Shown piece by piece: positions 13,645-26,063 of a stretch of 64,000 nucleotides of DNA. The DNA comes from Octopus sinensis (taxonomy: Eukaryota). A program made the translations under genes and the position numbers. Below the pieces are notes generated by a model. The model saw only the letters and a program-made list of their open reading frames with translations. It ran no database searches and was not told the DNA's origin. Within the stretch, counting starts at the first letter, position 1. Each line of letters opens with the position of its first letter. The stretch spans positions 92,690,001-92,754,000 of the forward strand of contig NC_043006.1 of NCBI RefSeq assembly GCF_006345805.1. Direction: 5' to 3'.

Positions 13645-14419
13645 TCAGTTGTACCTCATTTCTTCATACATTCCTTCCCAAGGACTGTAAAATATTTCTT
13701 AGCATTTGAGAAGCACATCTCCCTTCCGTCGACTTATGTCAGCAACAAAGTGACTCGAAAGGGTTTACGTAGACTGCTTGATAGGTTGCGTCAGTGTGAA
13801 TGGTACCTCTAATATTTTCAATATACAAATTTGTCCGAAAACCCCAATCATTTCGTGTCAATTTCTACTTGATAGATTTTATTTTATGTTTAATACTAAT
13901 TGCCACAAAAATTTTCATCATTTCTACACATAAGCGTTATATCTACCGTTTATTTCATATATGCAAAACTTCACATAAACAAAATTGTTCAAAACCAATC
14001 GAGATTAATTAGTTTCCTTGGCGATTTAACTTTCACAGATGTTTATAGGACTCAATTATTTCACAAAATTCTAATAAACTTCCATTGCTATATTTAATAG
14101 ATATATTCATCCTGTATAGAATGTCTATACTTGGAGTGGTTTTATGCACACGACGAAGTGATTAAACAAAGAAAGTATGTATAAAATATGAACATAACAT
14201 TGATATTGAATTATAATGGAAAATGCATGAACACATCTTTAAATACATATTGTTTAAATACCACTGCACTTGGTCTAAACGTTGTACTTCATTGATATCC
14301 AGGGCTGAAAGACGACAGTATGTCGAAGTGATTACTATCACACCTGAAAGGTATTTATCAAACACACATATACACATATACGCACAATCACATATATTAA
14401 CATTATATATGTATTTAAG

Positions 14420-14454
<35 letters not shown>

Positions 14455-14749
14455 TGTGTGTGTGTGTGTGTGTGTGTGTTATCTATATTAATAAAAGCGA
14501 AATTATATCTGTCTGAGACGTTTGTGTCTCAGCCTACATTTGCTCTAGATAAAAATATTATACCTTTTTGGGAACCAGGATGGTCCCAGGATTGAAAATC
14601 TATCTTTCAGTTGGTTCTTGAATATCTAGGATTGGGATCTGATTTAAAAGCATTTTGATTGCTATTTCCTGCAGGTAAAGCAACCATAAGCGGTACAAGA
14701 TTGACCTGCCGTAGTTTTAATTTTTACTAAGGAATTTAGTGGTTCTTAT

Positions 14750-14940
14750 ATCTTTTTCAGTCATCCGACTGTGACCACGCTGGGGCACTGTCTTGAAGAA
14801 TTTTAATCGGTGCCAGTTCTTTCTTTTTTATGCTTCGTACTTTTTTTGGCCTCATTATCGCATCGCTAAGTTACGTGAACGTCAACAAAGCAACACCAGT
14901 CATCAAGCAGTGGTAGGGAAGAAACACAGACACAAAGTCA
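14750..14940 (-). mobile_element. SINE family A, degenerate 3' half
   Basis: TTTCAGTCATCCGACTGTGACCACGCTGGGGCAC..CGCTAAGTTACG..CACCAGTCATCAAGCAGTGGT resembles other family A tails. Confidence 0.6.
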
Positions 14941-15829
14941 CGATACGTATATACATACATATCTATACACATACACACACATACACACACAAACAAACAC
15001 ATATGTATCTTCTGTTCAAATTTTAAAAGAATTCTGAAACTTTATGAAGTTACAATTTTTTCATTTAATCCGAATTTAAAGTCATATGCTTTACTATTAT
15101 GGAACACTTTAGTTTTGGGCCACAGGCCTGATTTACCATCTGCAGGAGCTACCTGAAAAGTCCGCACGCTGTTCGAATTTTAAGCCAGCATATACGTGTG
15201 TGTGTGTGTGTGTATGTATAAAGATATATATATAAGGCATACACATACACACACACACACATGGTTTTCCGCATGCAAGCCTGGAATATGGACGTTAAAA
15301 GTTGATGACGATGATGATGATGATATATGAAAATAACAAGGCAAATTATGGAACAGTTTCTGTTTTCTATGCTGGTTCATGATAATTGTGTAACGAATTC
15401 TGTTCATGCATGGGCAAATTTGATTTGTTCTTGTTCGTTAATGATTTTGTCGCTGACATTACGAATACTTCCTTTATTCCATTTTAATCTCTCATACAGA
15501 GGCGTCAGCTACAGCAACTGAGACACCTTGCGATGGATTTACATCGTTTTCATGAACGGAAACTTCGTAAATGTCTTCCAATTATTCTCCTTCGATAGCA
15601 ACCAAAGTCAATTAATTTGCACAAAAGTATGCTTTCACTATTATACCGTTCCTACTCACAAACAATACACATCGAAAGCGTTCAAGATTGTTATATCTGC
15701 AATTCCTTAAGTTTCCATATAATATTGGCATGCTTGTAGAAATGTTCGTTGGTTGGTTTCTCTCGTCACGCCTTACATAGAGTATAGAGATATATTGGGA
15801 GAGGGAGTACAAGAGAGAATCAACATAAA

Positions 15830-16612
15830 AGATACGGGATGAGTGCACAAACGAAGCTTAAGAGCAGGCAATGAGTAAAGAAACACTACATGCACACGTA
15901 AACAATGAAAGAATCATTGAGACATATGAGGAGGAGTTTGAGGATTACTAGCATATTCTGTGAGAGAGTTGAGAATATTCTGCCCAATGAAATTGGCATG
16001 ATGAAGGTTTCTGCTCGGTGGGTGCCACATCTAACACCTGAATAAAAGCGAACCTGACTTTGAGCCAGAGACATAGAGACAGGCCATGCAGTGGAAATAC
16101 CCTTTTTCACCTGCTCCAAAGAAGGCCAAGGTGATGGTTTGTTGGAAGGCAAAATGCATTGTGCTTGTTTGCTTTCATCAAATGACCCACACCATCAATG
16201 GAGATAAGAGTGCCAACTTACTGAGAGAGTTAGGAAGGAATTTTAAGACCAAAACCCCAGGTAAGCCGACGAAGGAGGTCTTGTTTCATCGAGACAATGC
16301 TGCACACACACGTCTCCGGTTTCAAAGGCCGTTGTCTATGCCTGTGGCTTGAATTGATAGATCATCCTCCGTATTATCCTGATGTGGCTCCATTTGACTA
16401 TAATCCTTTCCCTAAATAAAAGAAAAGCCAGTATCACAGACACGGTGACGTCATACCTGTTGCTGATCTCATGTTTTGACCAACAGGATGATGAAATTTT
16501 CTTCACTAAAATAATCCAAGCACTGCAAAACCGATGGAAGATGTATATGGACCGCAAGAAGGTCTATGTGGAAAATTAGACCACAGTTGGTCAGATTCAA
16601 CCGACCTTCGTA
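15830..16612 (+). mobile_element. Mariner transposase relic (irritans/Hsmar2-like)
   Basis: KVSARWVPHL..MQWKYPFSPAPKKAKV..VLFHRDNA..HPPYYPDVAPFDY..IQALQNRWKM; ends ..CCGACCTTCG-TA. Many stops and deletions. Confidence 0.8.
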
Positions 16613-17769
16613 TATCACTTGCTTACGTAAAAAGCTCCCCTCTAAAATACTCAAGTCTGCTTTACAGTACATTGCTGTCAACGTATTTTTTAACAATAAT
16701 GCTGCGATTTCTATCAACACCCTACCTTAATATACCAATTCAATCTTAATGATCAAGCCAAGAAACTTGATGGCAATCGTAGTATTCCATATTTCTTGTT
16801 GAATTTGCCGCTAATGTTGATTCATTTGATTTATTAAATTAGGTAGACAGTTCTTCTATATATTTATCATCTCTACACAAATCACCAAAATACAAAATTT
16901 TAATCATGTTCCCAGATATAAAACTCTTTGCAGCACAGACGTTTTGTGAACATGTTTAACCTAGACAGGTATCATAATTACAAGCTTCATACGTGTATGG
17001 TTGTATGCACGATAACGAGGAAGAATTTCATCTAAAGAGGTACACTCATGGAAAAAAAACTGGTATCCTGCTTCAGATGAGAAAATGGTCATGTATATGC
17101 GTTTTAAGAAACATGATACGAGACAAAATATCGAAGAGCATTTGTGACGACGCATGTCGTTGTTTTGAAAACAAATATTTCTGGTTTGATGATTTTGAAA
17201 GGATTCTGATTTTGAGTAATTGCAAATTATTAAATGCAAAAGATTGATTTGTGCAAAGGAAAGAGTTACAGACATCTGGACATTTCCCATGTTTACATTT
17301 GCTTCTTTCGATTCAATTAATGGAGCTTAAAATCAAATTTAAGTCTCCTCGAATATGAACTTTGCTCTGTCAAAACGGAAACTGACGAAGCTACTAACTC
17401 ATGCGTTGCTATCAAACAAACGGGTACAATTAAATATACACGCCTGCTTAGAAAGCTCTACATAGATAAACATATTCGAAACGATAACATAACCCCAAAT
17501 TTAATCAACAATAATTTCGCCAAAATACCTCTCCACTACAACTCATACTAAAATTCAATTACCACCCACCCAAACTCACACCCCTAAGGACGATTTTAGC
17601 ACAACACAGTCGATATAAAGCCAAGAGTAACTCTAATTTTATCGTAGTCCGACGATAGCTTATTTGGCCCAAACTTTTTTAGAAAGCTGGCATATCTATT
17701 TCTTTATTCTAACTCATTTTGCTCTTTATAAAGTATTTATAAATCATGTTTTGCTATTATTGTTTAGAG

Positions 17770-18826
17770 ATGGATAAGTCGAAAATTCGTACTGTTTTGA
17801 AATGAGTTCTTGGAAATACAGCATCACAGAATATTAATGGATTATTTCATTCTAACGTTATTACACAGCAGACAATATCAAATTGGTTTGCAAAATTTCG
17901 TTCTGGTAACTTTGACCTCACAAATAAGAAACGCAGTCGACAAAGGTGGATAATGACGAACTGAAAGCCGCCGTCGAGTCAGATCCATATCAAAGTGCCC
18001 GTGAATTATCGTTTTTGTTTGGTGTTAGCAGGCAAACAATATTGACTCACCTAGTTCAAATTGGTAAGGTGAAAATTTGGATAAGTGGGTTCCATATGAA
18101 CTGAATGAAAATCAGAGACAGCAAGGTTTGGAAGCCTGCATTATGCTACTTTCTCGTCACAAAAATGAATTAGTTTTGAATCGAATTGTAACACCTAATG
18201 AGAAATGGATCCAATGCAACAACCGTAAACGTTCAGCACAATGGCTGGACAAAGACGATCGAACAACACACAGTCCAAAGCGCAAACTTCATCAAAAGAA
18301 GCTAATGGTGTGCGTTTGATGGCACAGGTATGATCCATTTTGATTTAATTAAACCTGGCTCATTAATCATGGCCGAAGTATACTGCTGCCAACTGGACCA
18401 AATGATGCAGAAACTTACAAAAAACAGCCTAGATTAGTCAACCGATCTACTATTTTATCGCAAGACAACGCCCGACCACACGTCGCAAAAATGACATTGG
18501 CGAAACTACAGGAGTTGGAAGTTCTCCATCATCCAACATACTCACCTGATCTTGCCCCCACTGAATACTACTACTTCCAGAATTTGGGTGACTGTTTGAT
18601 AGGAAACAAATGTAATTCCGACGAGGCTGTAAAACAAGCCTTCCAAGATTTCATTGCCTCTAGATTGCCAGGCTCTTACAGTTCCAGAATGGACAAGCTA
18701 CCTCTGAAATGGCAAAAGGGTATTGACAAAATGGATGCATACTTTGATGAATAAAACTATTCCTTGTATTTATAAAACATTAGCAAACTTATTTTTTCTG
18801 CAATTTTCATACTTGATGACCTAATA
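17770..18826 (+). mobile_element. Mariner transposase pseudogene (DD34D type, Hsmar1/Mos1-like), near full length, with 3' TIR
   Basis: MDKSKIR..NWFAKFRSGNFDL..DNDELKAAVESDP..KWVPYEL..RIVTPNEKWI..QDNARPH..HPTYSPDLAPTEY..GIDKMDAYFDE*; 3' end TTTCATACTTGATGACCTAA-TA. Confidence 0.92.
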
Positions 18827-19136
18827 GTTCATTTGTCTTTTGTCTTTTCAACTTGTGCTGTATTGAATACTTGATGTAGTTTTAGAGTCAGTTTTTGACT
18901 GCGCTTTCAAGGACGGTGGTATCTTTTAGATACCCTTGTTTATAGTTTTAATAATTATTCTAACCTATAAGGTTTTTTTTCTTCCCATACTGACGCTAGA
19001 TTTGATCGCTATTTAAAATAAAAATCTTATCCTTATTATATTGATATTATATGTATATACATACAGTCATATACACACATACATACATACATATAAATAT
19101 ATATATATATATACATATATACATATATATATTATA

Positions 19137-19168
<32 letters not shown>

Positions 19169-19214
19169 CATACATATGTGTGTGTGTGTGTGTGTGTATA
19201 TATCTATATTGTTG

Positions 19215-19515
19215 TTGTTTGTTCTTTCTCGAGCCACGCCTGGCTCATAAGGGCTGGTTTCTTGGTTTCCTTGGCGTATAGGTTCCCCACCTGGACGGGA
19301 CTCCGGTCCGTCACAGTTGAGCTGCAAGATGCAGGAGGAAAGAGTGAGAGAAAGTTGTGGCGAAAGAGTCAGCAGAAGTTCGCCATTACTTTCTGCCGGA
19401 GCCGCGTGGAGCTTAGTTTTTTCGCTCATAAACCCACACATCGCCCAGTCTGAGATTCGAATCCGCCATCCCTCGACCGCGACTCCGCTGCTCTAACCAC
19501 TAGGCCATGTGCCTC
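19215..19515 (-). mobile_element. SINE family C (tRNA-derived head)
   Basis: Reverse complement GAGGCACATGGCCTAGTGGTTAGAGCAGCGGAGTCGCGG..GGATTCGAATCTC (A and B boxes), (CAA)n-like tail; homologous to 39139 and 48326. Confidence 0.85.
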
Positions 19516-20875
19516 CAAACACACACACACACACATATATATACATACAGTCATATACATATAAACGTATACATATATTTATAACATATACACACATATA
19601 CACACAGATATTTGTGCATGCGTATATAGAAACATATATGTACGTACTTAGACTATCTCTACATATACATAAGAGTATGTGTATATCTGTATGTATGCAA
19701 ATATGTGTATGTATATATAGAGAGGTAGAGAGAGCTTAATCTCAGTTCGAGAGTACTTTCGACTCTATTTGTGTTAAGTGTGCGAAGACGTGTTGATGAT
19801 TGTTCTTCCCCCACTCCCAAATTTCTATCGACAATTTAACGCATGAACACGAATGGGAAAACAAATCTCAATGAATTCTCTGCTAAGCTTAAGTAAGAAC
19901 ATTGCAAAATACAAGAAGCTTAGAAAATTCCAATATTTATTTAAAAAAAAAAATTCTATATCTATTTTTGTATTTCATTTTCTTTTGCTGAACGAAGGAA
20001 ATTTGAAAGAATCAAAATAACTATGATGATAATGCGGGAGAAAAACGAACGCAATATCTCCATAACTCCTTGGTATTTGTTTTCAAACATTAAAAATCCT
20101 CAAGATATAAACAGTCAAACAAATTCTGGAAGAACGCACACACACACACACAAACACATACACATGTATGTACATAGATACAAACATACCTAAATATCTA
20201 TGGGGACGGAGCAAGATTAATACACGAAGTGAGAAAAAGAAAAGAAATATAAACGAAAAGACAAAATTATTATTATTATTATTGTATTTGTGTATGTTGT
20301 TGTTGGAACTATTATTATTTTGGTGAAAAAATTATTGAATTGTATTGATTTTCTTTTTATTGATCTCTGTAGCAAAGGTTTCGATAAAACAACTACAATA
20401 AACAGAAATTCAACGGGCTGGTATCAAAGAGGCGCTTTGGTGTCGATATAGTTTATATTTTGTGCAGTCTAATGGCAACAGAATCTAAAATATCTGTTTG
20501 TTTGGCGGCATATAACAGCTGGACTTCAGTAATTTAAAGTAATATTGAATAAATAGTAAAGTTTTTAGATAGTCTGCACATATTTCTATAGCGGTTGTTA
20601 ACTTTAAGGCGAAAAGAACCACTATGCAGAGAAGACTGCGAAGAAGAAGAAGAAAATGGAGAAACTTCACTGCAAAAACATCAATATGTTTTATATAATA
20701 TATTGTAAAATATTTGATATTTCATATCAGAAGCAACAGAAAAATATGCAATGATTTTCATTAACTGCAGCCGCGACTGTTACAGCTGTTACCAATACGA
20801 ACATATTTTACAACCACAGCAACTGGTGTAAGCATCGACGTTTCTATTTGGCATGTAGTAATGGTAGTAGTAGAA

Positions 20876-20961
<86 letters not shown>
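20876..20961. repeat. (TAC)n microsatellite
   Basis: Direct perfect trinucleotide run. Confidence 0.95.
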
Positions 20962-21267
20962 TCATCCAACTGAATCTTCTCATATTTTGGAATTTTTTCT
21001 TACTTCCAATACTGTTGCTATTCCTTACTTCAACAAATAGTTCTTATGTTTCGTAGAATTACAATTTCTTTCTTGAATTACAAACCATAAGAAAGCATAA
21101 AAGACTGGAAGACTAATAAAATGGTTTGAATTCTGACCATCACACATGTGTTGGTTCATTGCCAACATACTTACTGATCGATAAAGTCAGAATCAGAGGC
21201 ATTCATTGCGGTTCTGTGTCGGTGACACGTACTTCTATGAAAAATTTTATTATATGTATATAGGTAA

Positions 21268-21475
21268 GGCAAACGAGCTGGCAGAATCTTTAGCAAACTG
21301 GACAAAATGCTTCGTGGCCTTTCGTCAGTCGTTAAGTTGAAATTCTGCCGAGACTGACTTTGCCTTTCATCCAATCGGGATCGAAAGAATACGTAGCAGT
21401 TGAACACTGAGATCGTTGTAATAGACTTCCTCCAACCCCGAAGTTGCCGGCCTTGAACCAAATTTCAAAACCAAT
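21268..21475 (+). mobile_element. SINE family B (tRNA head + Meta-like central domain), degenerate
   Basis: GAGCTGGCAGAATCTTTAGC..AAATTCTGCCGAGACTGACTTTGCCTTTCATCC matches the copy at 33721. Confidence 0.7.
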
Positions 21476-21693
21476 ATCTCTGAAATGGGTCGTGAGAAAA
21501 AAGGTTGATAACGATATGTCTTTCGCGTGCCTTCATGATTAAGTTAAAGAACGATAAAGGTATAAATGGAAAACTTCACGTCGTTATGGAGAAATGTTAG
21601 AAAGACTGTGAGTATGTGTGTGTGTATGTACATGTATATACATGTGCCTACGTATGAGTATGTGTGCATATGTGTCACGTATATGTGTATAGT

Positions 21694-21842
<149 letters not shown>

Positions 21843-24800
21843 GGGAAACGAGTCAATATAACTTAGTCGTGGTCTCGGCGCTGGGGATGGCGGGAATTTA
21901 TATCCCCGCTAGCAATGTATACAAGAGAGCATTTTGCACCAAAAGCCAATATGAGAGTTTTCCCTCGTGGTATCTACCACAGTAGAGTTTGTTGTGAGGG
22001 AGCATCCACGTTTAAATGGAGATAAATATTACCTCGCAATAATCATAAGAAATTTGCATGAAGATGAGGAGACTGCTGAAACAATGCATTCCACATTAAA
22101 TGACCTATAAGTACTTACTACTGCCCTGTTCTTAACTCGCATTTCGAGTCCAGTCTTCATCAATATTTCCTTATTCTGTGTTTGATGAAATAAGAAGAGT
22201 TTAAATACTGCAGTTTATATGTCTCTTCGTTTGACTTCATTCGTAATACGAGTAACAATAGGATCGATTTTACAAACCCTAAATCTCGACTGTATTGAAT
22301 GTCTTCTTTAGAGAGAGAAGCTCAGTACCATTGACTGTTAACAAGGCCGCAGAATCTCATAGTTTCTCACGCGACTTCAACATTGTGATGACTTCTAAAG
22401 AGACTGACGTTTTAGGGAGAAGTGATAGAGCGGGGAGACGTGTTGCACAAGCCAATGAGATTCGCTGAATATTTTGGACTTGAAATTATTTCAAGTTTAA
22501 ATAATTACTGTGATAAATATAGAAAAGAACAAACCCTTTCACTTCACCTGCATCACCTTTGATGCTTCTGTACCTTAGAGAGTCACCATGTCACAGTATT
22601 CTATTTCATTTCATCTTATCTAAAACTCAATAACTCGACGAGTTAACAGCCACACAGTTGCTGAATCTGTTACAGACTTCCCTCAAATCATAGCCTACTG
22701 TCTCTGAAGGAGATGGGTGCCATGTCCAGCAATAATTGTTTTGAAAGCAAAGAAGGGACAGTCACGAATGAATTGTTTTCCTCAAACGCCTCCTGGATCG
22801 AGGCTGACGTATTTCTATACAACAAAAAAAGAGAATATCAATGAAAATATGTATCTTTCGAAAAATAAATAAATTCTCCGTAATCAACTTTTTTGGTTCT
22901 TTTGCCATTCTGTCTGACATCGTGTAATGAATAGAACTATCGTCTGAAAACTGACTGTAATTATGAACCTAACACTGTTGGATAGCATCACTTCAGTTAA
23001 ACTTCTGTTTACAATAATATCATGACAGATGTTGCTACTGTTTTTTAAAGACCTCATTCCTACTGCTATAAACACTTGTAACAGACGCCGCTACTACACA
23101 AAGAGTAATATAGCCACAGTCTCGTTTATATCACTATGTAGCTGGATATATATATCATATGTATATTATGGTAGTTGCTGAATTTCTAATGTTAGATATT
23201 CAATTCGCATGAATCTTGTTTGCAAGACAAAGAAATTGCTTCTGGCGATTCTGCAGCAGTCATGATCACTAATTCATATTCTTCGTCTGTTGCTGACTGA
23301 AATACTTTGCATTTTTATTCTCCAAGATATAGTTCCAAATACTTACAACAATTGTATCTACGAAATATGTTAAGTAACAAGAACATTTTCTTATCACTGA
23401 TACAAGTGACAGGTTTCGCATAATTAACGAATGATGTTTTGGCGAGATTAAAGATTCCCGTGAATAAGTAACATTGAATAACTATTTAATGGGCTGTTTC
23501 TAAAGCGTTTCTGAATAAAAGACAGTGTTGTAATTTGATAAGTCTCTTATCTTACTTTGATCAGGGTTAGCTGAAAGCTGAAAAGATAAAGGGGGGCTCA
23601 TGTCGGAACGTAATTTGCCACAGCAAGTACAGAACTTGAATCCGGAACACACTTTCATCACATCTTCAATTTTATTCATGGCCAAAATCAGATGTATTTT
23701 CTTATTAATGGAATATTGCTCAGTCACAACAACTAGGTTCTTACGCTTGAAATTAACAGACAAACGGCTCAACACCTATCGTAATTTTTACGGACGAAGT
23801 AGCATCCCAAAATGTGGCAAAACACGGCCTTTCCAGTAAGGTAGAGCGTGAAAGATAACAGTTAGAAATATCAAGCCCTGTACTGGATTACTGCTCGGTT
23901 TATCGGCCACAAAAAATGCTAGTCCTTTGAACTAGAGATAATCCATAAAATGTTGTATACGTTCCTCTTGATATCTAAATGTCTGTGTATTATAAAATAA
24001 CTTTTTTTATAATTAACAAATATTAATTCAATAGGAGAATGTTGTTATCTATATTCACTATATTTCTGCAGACTTCAGTAATGTTTCTGGAGCTACAAAT
24101 GCTGATACTCTCAAAAATAGTTTTGCAATAGTGTTTTAGATACTACACAGCTCGTGCGTTAATAAGTACCACAAGACGGGCACACTACAGCTGTGTATTG
24201 TACGAAAGAGTAAATTTATAAATACGTCGATTGATCCCATGCTTCGTTATATTGAATTTGCTTTTGATATTATATTTTAATTTGACGGTGTATCTACAAT
24301 CATAAATATTCACATCAAAATCAGTTCATCACTATTTATTCTTATGCTTTAGCTGTTTACCAAATATAAATGTCTGCCGTTGTTGGGATTATGGCGATCT
24401 CTACACCCACAATCACTCATTCATAACTTTCAAAATAACGAGACGAGGATTGTTCTGGTTACTATTGTTATGTAACGAGTCATGTGTTAGATTATAAGTA
24501 TCGTAATAGCGTCGGAGAAAATGCCATGTCCTATTTCGTTCACATCCCGCTGGAGTCAAATTTGCCATTCATCTCTTCAAGAACATACAATCAGGTGTAA
24601 ACCAGTAAGTGGGCTGATGGCATGCACAAATATCTCTCCTCTTAGAATTGCTGTCATTGTGCTTGAATTAGAAAGATTTGATACGCAGCAAGTTCAATTA
24701 CATGAGATAATTCGTAAGCAGGTGACTAAATATCACAGTAGTCAGAGGAATGACTTCAGGTAAGACTATAGATACGTATGGTTTGAGTTCGAATCCAGAG

Positions 24801-25604
24801 AAAATCAACTTCACTCGATTTTCTTTTTGATCAATAAAATAAGGTACGAATTCATGGTGGAGATTTTTGAAATAATTGCAGTTTCAACAATGAAATGAAT
24901 CGCCATATTTGCTCTTGTACTGTGCATTCTGAGTTCTTGATTTGGCAGCTTTAACACGTATTCTAATTTAGCACCACCCATGGCGCTTGGTACATAGAAG
25001 AGAGTTCATTCTACTATAAGATCTTGAACCACGTCTCCTGTTTGAGAATAATTCCCACCCTTACCCTACCACTTTCGAAGGTTCTAGGAAACCAAAGAGC
25101 CATGAAATTTCACTTCATTACACACCTGAATAGTAGTGGAAAACAAACGCACATATGTCTCTCGGTCCTTTCCTGTTGGATTTCCTGCCTCCTCATTATC
25201 TCCTCAGATACTGAAGAACGCCTCTTCCAGCAAAACCTGAACGACAGGAATCATGACTCGCGGCAGAGATGCTGGAAAGGTCATATGCACTTTTGTCATC
25301 TACTTACTATCTTAAAAAAACCCACCCCCACTGATTTCGGAAGCAGACCTGTTTCAATTAAATGTAAATTAAAACTCCATACGTTACCTGTAAGAATGCA
25401 TGGAAATATAACTAGATTTTTTACTATTGACATTAATTTGTACTCTTCGCATTAAAATTTCATCATTGTTTTTTTTGGGGGGGCGGGTTAAACTCTTCCA
25501 CTTACACTTTAAAAAAAAATAATTCTGATATTTTAAAGCAATGACACGATTACCATTAGTTCAATGATGCCCATAACACTGCTGATAGAAATATTGTCAG
25601 ACGG

Positions 25605-25638
<34 letters not shown>

Positions 25639-25804
25639 TGATGTCGATAATGACGAGGACGCTATGTATTTAAGTATAACATCTATCAATATTATTTGGC
25701 TATTAAGCTTGCTACTTCACTCGCTTTTCCTCTCTCCATTTGGCTGATGCTTTTTTCTCTGAGTAGACGTTTATACCTGCGTAATGGTCACCATCCCATA
25801 TGCC

Positions 25805-25819
25805 TATATATATATACAC

Positions 25820-25903
<84 letters not shown>

Positions 25904-25944
25904 CATATATATATATACACATATATAGATATACACATATATAG

Positions 25945-25975
<31 letters not shown>

Positions 25976-26011
25976 GATATATATATATATATATATATAC
26001 ATGTATATATA

Positions 26012-26063
<52 letters not shown>
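25805..26063. repeat. Long (TA)n/(TG)n compound microsatellite
   Basis: Direct; one of dozens of (TA)n tracts in the window. Confidence 0.95.

Noticed and set aside
14481-14540. Helitron-like 5' end (TCTATATTAATAAAAG)
   Set aside because: No matching 3' hairpin/CTAG end or Rep-helicase sequence found.
19440-19515. tRNA gene
   Set aside because: A and B boxes continue into a SINE body, and no complete cloverleaf forms.
22300-22480. Promoter suggested by CCAAT and TGACGT motifs
   Set aside because: Short motifs are expected by chance, and there is no linked gene or start-site evidence.
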